The position numbers and the translations under genes were made by a program. A model generated the notes under the pieces. It saw nothing but the letters and a program-made list of their open reading frames with translations. It ran no database searches and was not told where the DNA came from. A stretch of DNA of 64,000 nucleotides from the human T2T-CHM13v2.0 reference genome, Homo sapiens. This document shows positions 56,124 to 64,000 of this stretch, one piece after another. Position 1 is the stretch's first letter, and every line of letters starts with the position of its first letter. Location of the stretch: assembly GCF_009914755.1 (NCBI RefSeq), contig NC_060938.1; one strand, written 5' to 3'.

Positions 56124-57765
56124 TGAGAGGTGACAACGTGCTAGCAGCCCTCGCTCTCCGTGCCTCCTCGGCCTCAGCGTCCACTCTGGCCATGCTCGAG
56201 GAGCCCTTCAGCCCGCCACTGCGCTGTGGGGGCCCCTCTCTGGACTAGCCGAGGCTGGAGCCGGCTCCCTCTGCTTGCAGGGAGATGTGAAGGGAGAGGC
56301 GCAGGCGGGAACCGGGGCTGCGCATGGTGCTCATGGGCCAGTGCCAGTTCTGGGCGGGCACGGGCTCAGCAGGCCCCACACTCAGAGCAGCCGGCTGGGG
56401 GCAGTGAGGGGCTTAGCACCTGGGCCAGCAGCTGTGGAGGGTGCGCCGGTTTCCCCAGCACTGCCGGCCAGCCCGTGCCGCCCTTGAATTCTCACCGGGC
56501 CTCAGCCACCTCCTGATGGGGCAGGGCTCGGGACCTGCAGCCCGCTATGCCCATGCACCACCCCCTGTGGGCTCCCACGCGGCCTGAGCCCCCCGCCACC
56601 CCCTGCTCTGTGGCACCCGGTCCCATTGACCACCCAAGGGCTGAGGAGTGTGGGTGCCTGGTGCGGGACTGGCGGGCAGCTCCACCAGCGTCCCAGGTGC
56701 AGGATCCACTAGGCGCAGGATCCGCTAGGGGAAGCCAGCTGGGCTCCTGAGTTGGGTGGGAAGTTCCAGAACTTTTATGTCTAGCTGGAGGATTGTATAT
56801 GCACCAATCAGCACTGTGTATTTAGCTTGGGGTTTGTGGATACACCAATCAGCACTGTGTATCTAGCTAATCTGGTGGGGACTTGGAGAACTTTTATGTC
56901 TAGCTAAAGGATGGTAAATACACCAGTCAGCACTCTGTGTCTAGCTCAAGGTTTGTAAATGCACCAAACAGCACTCTGTGTCTAGCTCAAGGTTTGTAAA
57001 CACACCAATCAGCACCCTGTGTCTAGCTCAAGGTTTGTAAATGTACCAATCAGTGCTCTGTGTCTAGTTAATCTAGGGGGACTTGGAGAACTTTTATATC
57101 TAAGTAGAGGATGGTAAATACACCAATCAGCACTCTGTGTCTAGCTCAGGGATTATAAACGCACCAATCAGCACCCTGTCAAAACAGACCAATCAGCTCT
57201 CTGTAAAATGGACCAATCAGCTCTCTGTACAATGGACCAATCAGCTCTCTGTAAAATGGGCCAATCAGCAGGATGTGGGTGGGGTCAGATAAGGGAACGA
57301 AAGCAGGCTGCCCCAGCCAGCAGTGGCAAGCTGCTTGGGTCTCCTTCCATGCTGTGGAAGCTTTGTTGTTTTGCTCTTTGCAATAAATCTTGCTGCTGCT
57401 CACTCTTTGGGTGCACACTGCCTTTATGAGTTGTAACACTCACCGGGAAGGTCTGCAGCTTCACTCCTGAGGCCAGCGAGACCATGAACCCACCAGGAGG
57501 AATGAACAACTCCAGACGGGAGGAGCAAAGAACTTCAGACGCACCGCCTTAACAGCTGTAACACTCACCTGGAAGGTCTGCAGCTTCACTCCTGAAGCCA
57601 GCAAGACCACGAACCCACCAGAAGGAAGAAACTCTGAACGTGTCCAAATGTCAGCAGGAACAAACTCCAGACACACCATCTTTAAGAACTGTAACACTCA
57701 CCGTGAGGGTCCGTGGCTTCATTCTTGAAGTCAGTGAGACCAAGAACCCACCAATTTCGGACACA
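56124..57765 (+). mobile_element. LTR12-family (ERV9) solo LTR
   Basis: TGAGAGGTGAC...GGACACA; 4-bp TSD AAAT; tandem CCAAT repeats 56800-57270; AATAAA 57382; U5 repeats. Confidence 0.96.
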
Positions 57766-57951
57766 AAATCACTTGAAAGATAGGGATAGTGGTCAGAGAG
57801 TGAAGTGCTTGGATCAAAGAGTATAATTATTGGGCAAATTTATGCCTGTAGAAGTGGGCAGCTGATGTGAGATTTAAAAAAAATTAGAGTTGAGGAGGTC
57901 AAGGAACTAAGAGGCCTCATTGTTGATTTGATCATATATCAAGATTGGCGA

Positions 57952-58395
57952 TGTGAACCCTGACTATCTGAGACAGGTCTCAGTTAATTTAGAAAGTGTA
58001 TTTTGCCAACGTTGAGTATGTGTGCCCATGACACAGCCTCAAGAGGTCCTGATGACATGTGGCCAAGGTGGTCAGAGCAGTTTGGTTTTATACATTTTAG
58101 GGAGACATGAGACATCAATCAACATAAGATGTAAAATGAACATTGGTTCATCTGGAAAGGCAGGACAACAGGGAGGGAGTTTCCATGTCATAGGTAGGTA
58201 AGAGACAAATGGTTGCATTATTTTGAGTTTCTGATTAGCCTCTCCAAAGGAGGCAATCAGATAAGTATTTATCTCAGTGAGCAGAGGGGTGACTTTGAAC
58301 AGAATGGGAGGCAGATTTGCCCTAAGCAGTTCCCAGCTTGGGTTTTCCCTTTAGTTTAGTGACTTGGGGGCCCAAAGGTTTATTTTCCTTTCACA
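57952..58395 (-). mobile_element. MER4-type (MER4A1-like) solo LTR
   Basis: TGTGAA...TTCACA termini; TSD GCGA/GTGA (CpG decay). Confidence 0.85.
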
Positions 58396-59361
58396 GTGAC
58401 AGGAGTAGGGATGAATAGAAAGAAAGAGAGCCAGGTGCTAAAATCCTGAGTGAATAAGGAGAGGCTTAAATGTCAGCAGTATAGCAATATTTGGGGTTGT
58501 AGCATCTGATAGCATAAACTTCAAAAGATTTAAATTTTTTAAGAGGAAAGAGAACAACTTATAAAGCTGCAATAGGAATCAAGAAGGATACTGGTCTTAC
58601 GTCTCATCTTCAAACCCAGAGGTGCATGGTGTAAGAGTGGGAAAAAACAAAAACAAAAACGCATCCCTTGCAGAGTACTGCAGGGCAACCAGTGCCCTTA
58701 GGGAACAATTGGCTTTCAGTCAGGGCATGAAATTAAGGGAAAGCTCAGAGAAAATATTATAGATGTTGTTAAGAGATCATGAGTCTCTGAGGGCACAGGA
58801 AGTTTTCAGGCAATTAGGAACAAGTGGGAGAGGGGGCCATATGAATGGATCAATTGAGGTAGAATGGTGAGAAGTGTTTGAACCTCTACTGGTGCAAAAG
58901 GCAAATGGACATGTGAGACATGTTGATATAGTGATCCTAAGGGGCAATCAGAGGAGGGTTGGAAATTGGCTTAAGATAAAAAGACTAGATGCCCCATCAC
59001 TCTTGCAGTCAGTAGTGGTCTGGCAGATACAGGGATGAGTAAAGATATCTGAGATGTTGATCTGTCAATGGTAAGGCAGCCATGGCAAGCTCCAAAAACA
59101 GTTTCACCAAAAGCTCTAAGAACTCTGTAAACTCATATTATTTAAAGCCTCAGTTTACTTATCAAGGAAATGAATGAAATGGATATAATAATGATAACTG
59201 ATAATTATGAAGATTAAATATGTGATAAAGTAATGGCTCCAATTCTTTTTTAATTTAAATTTTAATTGACAAATAACTTTATATAGTCATGGGGTACATA
59301 GTGAAGTTTTGATATACATAATGTATATATCAAATTAGCCTAATCAGATTAGGATAATTAG

Positions 59362-59680
<319 letters not shown>

Positions 59681-61863
59681 CCCAAACACGTATTATTTCT
59701 TTGTGTTGGGAATGTGTTTCAATATCCTTCTTCTAGCTATTTCAACCTATATACAATATTATTGTTAACTATAGTCATCCTACAGGGTATAGGACACTAG
59801 GACTTAATCCTTTTATCTAGCTGTAATTTTGTATCCTTGAGCAAATCTCTCCCTTCCTCTTCCTTCCTCCTACCCTTCCCAGCCTCTAGTATCCTCTGTT
59901 CTACTTTTTACCTCTATGAGATCCACTTTTTTTAGTTTCCACACATGAGGGAGAACATGTGGTGTTTAACTTTCCCTTCCTGGCTTATTTCACTTAACAT
60001 ATTGTCCTCCAGTTCCATCCACATTGCTGCACATGACAGGGTTTCATTTTTTTTTAATCACTGAATAGTATTTTATTGTGTATATATACCACATTTTCTT
60101 CATTCACTGAAATTTATTCCTAGGTATTTTATTTTTTGTAGCTATTTTAAATGGTTTTGCTTTCTTACTCAGCTAGTTCATTGTGTATAGAAACACTACT
60201 GATTTTTGATATTAATTTTGTATTCTGCAACTTTACTGAATTCATTAATTGATTAATTCTAAGAGTTTTGGTAGAGTCTTTAGTTTCTTCTCCATATAAG
60301 ATCATGTCATTTTCAATTTCTCCTTTCTAATTTGGATGCCCTTTATTTCTGTCTCTTGCCTAATTGCTCTGGCTAAGACTTCCAGTACCGTATTAAGTCT
60401 GGTGAGAGTGGGTATCTTACCTTGTTGCAGTTCTTAAAGAAAAGCTTTTAGCTTTTCCCTGTTCCATAAAGACCTTAGCTGTAGTTTTGTCATATATGGC
60501 CTTTATTGCGTTGAGGTACTTTCCTTCTATACCTAATTTATTAAGATTTTTCCATCATAGAGGGATATTGAATTTTATCAAAAGCTTTTTCTGCAGCTAT
60601 TCAGATGATCATATGGTTTTGTTCTTCATTCTATTGCTGTGATGTATGACATTTATTAATTTGCATATGTTAAACCATCCTTCTATTCCTAGAATAAATC
60701 CCATTTGATCATGGTGTATTATCTTTTTGATATGTTATTGGATTTGGTTTGCTGGTATTTTGTTGAGGATTTCTGTGTCTATGCTCATTGGGGTATTGGC
60801 CTGACTGAAGTATTCTTTTATTGTGTGTTCTTGTCTGGTTTTGGTATCAGGGTAATGCTGGCCTTATAGAATGAGTTAGGAAGAATTCCCTATGGTCAAT
60901 TTGTTGAGGTAGTTTGAGAAGAAATTATATTACTTCTTCTTTAGATGTTCAGTAGAATTCAGAATGTTAACACCATCTGGTCCTAGACTACTTTTTGTTG
61001 GAAAACTTTTTATTACTGATTAAATCTTGTTTCTTATTATTGGTCTGCTCAGGTTTTCTTTTCTTTCTTTTTTTTCTTTTTTTTTTTTTTTGACATGCTT
61101 CTATTATAGAGGATGTTCAGGTTTTCTATCTCTTCTTGGTTCAATCTTTTTAGGTTGTTTGTGTCTAGAAATTTATCTGTAACCTCTAGGTTTTTGAATT
61201 TATTGGTATACAGTTGTTCATTGTAGTCTGTATGATGCTTTGTATTTCTGTAGTATTCGTTGTGACATCTCCTTTTTCTTTTCTGATTATATTTATTTAG
61301 GTCTTCTATCTTTTTTCTTAGTTATTCTCGCTAATGCTTTGTTGATTTTGTTTATCTTTAAAAAAACAGCTTTTGGTTTTGTTGAATTTTTAGTCTCCAT
61401 TTTGTTTATTTCTGCTATTTTTATTATTTCATTCTATGAATTTTGGGTTTGGTTCTTGCTATTCTAATTCCTTGAGGTGCATTTTTCAGCTCTTTATTTG
61501 AAATCTTTCTACTTTTTTGATGTAGGCATTTATTGTTATAAATTTGCCTCTTAATACTGCTTTTCCTGTGACCCATAAGTTTTGGTATGTTGTGTTTCTA
61601 TTTTTATTTGTTTCAAGGAATTTTAAAATTTCATTCTTAATTCCTTCACCCATTGGTTGTTCAGCAGTATGTTATTTAATTTCCATATCTTTTTTATAGT
61701 TTCAAATGTTCCTCTTGTCATTGATGTCTGGTTTTATTCCATCATGACCAGATAAGATACTTGATATGATTTCAATTTTTAAGAATTAAAAAAAGTTTAA
61801 GACCTGTTTTATGTCCTAACATATGGTCAGTCCTGGAAAATGTTCCATGTGCAGATGAAAAGA

Positions 61864-62218
<355 letters not shown>

Positions 62219-62809
62219 AAATAATGTATATTCTACAGCTGTTGGTGAAGTATTCTGTAAATGTCTGTTAGGTCCATTTGGCCTATGGTACAGTTTAAAT
62301 TGGATGTTTCTTTAATAATTTCCTGTCTAGATGATCTGTCTAATGTTGAGAGTGGGGTTTTAAAGTCCCCAATTATCTATAGTGGAGTCTATCACTCCCT
62401 TTAAATCTAATATTTGCCTTATATATCTGTTGGGTGCATATATATTTACAATTGTTATATTCTCTTACAGAACTGGTTCCTTTATTAAGATATAATTAAT
62501 GTCATTCTTTTTTTCTTTTTACAGCTTTTGACTTGGAGTATGTTTTATCTAATGTAAGTATAGCTACTCCTGCTCACTTTTGATTTCCAGTTACATGGGG
62601 TGTCTTTTTCTAGCCCTTCACTTTCAATTTTTGTGTGTCTTCACTGGTGAGGTGAGTTTTTTTGTAAGCAGCATAGAGTTGGGTCTTGTTATCAATTGTT
62701 TTAATCAATTCCTCCAGTCTATATGTTTTAAATGGGGAATTTAATCCATTTCCATTCAAAGTTATTATTGGTAGGTGAGGACTTACTTCTGTCATTTTAT
62801 TGATTGTTT

Positions 62810-63138
62810 TCTGGTTTTTTTGTTTGTTTTTTGTTTTTTTGTTTGTTTTTTGAGACAGTCTCACTCTGTCGCCCAGGCTGGAGTGCAGTGGCACAATCTT
62901 GGCTCACTGAAAGCTCCGCCTCCCGGGTTCAGGCCAATCTCCTGCCTCAGTCTCCCGAGTAGCTGGGACTACAGGTGCCCGCTGCTACACCCAGCTAATT
63001 TTGGCTAATTTTTTGTATTTTTAGTAGAGATGGGGTTTCATTGTTAGCCAGTATGGTCTCGATCTCCTGACCTCGTGATCCGCCCGCCTTGACCTCCCAA
63101 ATTGCTGGGATTACAGGTGTGAACCAGTGCTCCCAGCC
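62810..63138 (-). mobile_element. Alu
   Basis: TSD TGTTTTCTGGTT. Confidence 0.93.
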
Positions 63139-64000
63139 CTGTTTTCTGGTTGTTTTATATGTTCTTTGTTCCTTACTTTCTTTTTGTTTATTTTTGCAGT
63201 TGGGTGGTTTTCTGTAGCAATAAGCTTTGATTCCTTTCTTTCTCCTGCATGTAGGTAAATAATGGTGGTAGTTGTGTTTTCACTTCCAGATATAAGATAC
63301 CCTTGAGTATCTCTTGTAAGGCTGGTCTGGTGGTGATAAATTTCCTTAGTTTTTTTCTTATCTATCAAAGATTTTACTTCTCCTTTATTTTAGAAGGATA
63401 GCTATGCTAGGTATATTTTTGACTGGCAGTTTCTTTTTCTTTTAGTACTTTGAATATATTATCCTATTCTCTTCTGGCCCGTAAGGTTTTGCTGAGAAAT
63501 GCTTTGTTAGTTTAATTGAGATGCCTTTATATGTGACTTGATGTTTTTCCTTTAATGTGCCTTGGAGAGGATCTGTTTGGGGTTCTTTGATCTTCCTGAA
63601 CCTAGATCTCTGTCTCTCTCCCAAGAATGTTTCTGCTGATTATTTTATCAACTATGTTTTGCTCACCTTTTCTCTTCTTTTCCTTCTGGAATGCCCATGA
63701 TACCCACAAATTCTGTATACTTTCTTCATTCGTTTTTATTCTTTATCCTTTATCCGTTTTTTTTATGGTCTGTGTATGTTATTTCAAAATACCTGTCTTC
63801 AAGTTTAGAAATTCCTTTCTCTGCTTGGTCTAGTCTGTTGCTGAAGCTCTTAAGCATATTTTGTATTTCATTCACTGAATTCTTCAGCTCTTGGGTTTCT
63901 GTTTGCTTCTTTTTTTTTATGTGAACATTCATATTTTAGTAGGAATCAAAGTTCTCATGAAATATTAGGGTAGAAAATACATTTAAGAAAGAATACTAAA

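Overview
Primate (very likely human) genomic DNA containing the complete coding region of GTF2A1 (TFIIA alpha/beta precursor) on the minus strand. Nine coding exons (40692 down to 453) all have GT-AG junctions and splice to 1131 nt = 376 aa + TGA. Intron 3 hosts a 140-nt H/ACA snoRNA (SNORA79/ACA65) whose two pockets pair with U6 around U31 and U86, next to a tailless 7SL retrocopy. A CpG-island promoter lies at about 39.4-42 kb. The rest is repeat-dense: about 30 Alus, L1/L2, DNA-transposon fossils, a full-length THE1A, and an upstream nested ERV stack (MLT1, MLT2/HERV-L, MER44, MER57, LTR12, MER4). The most interesting reading is a candidate TFIIA self-regulation circuit, which is inferred and not demonstrated. 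Its parts are two convergent TATATAAA boxes flanking exon 1 (one followed by Inr + 5' splice site on the antisense strand), a 67-nt poison exon in intron 2, and the hosted U6 guide. Repeat boundaries are hand-estimated and subfamily names come from recall of consensus sequences, not from a database search.
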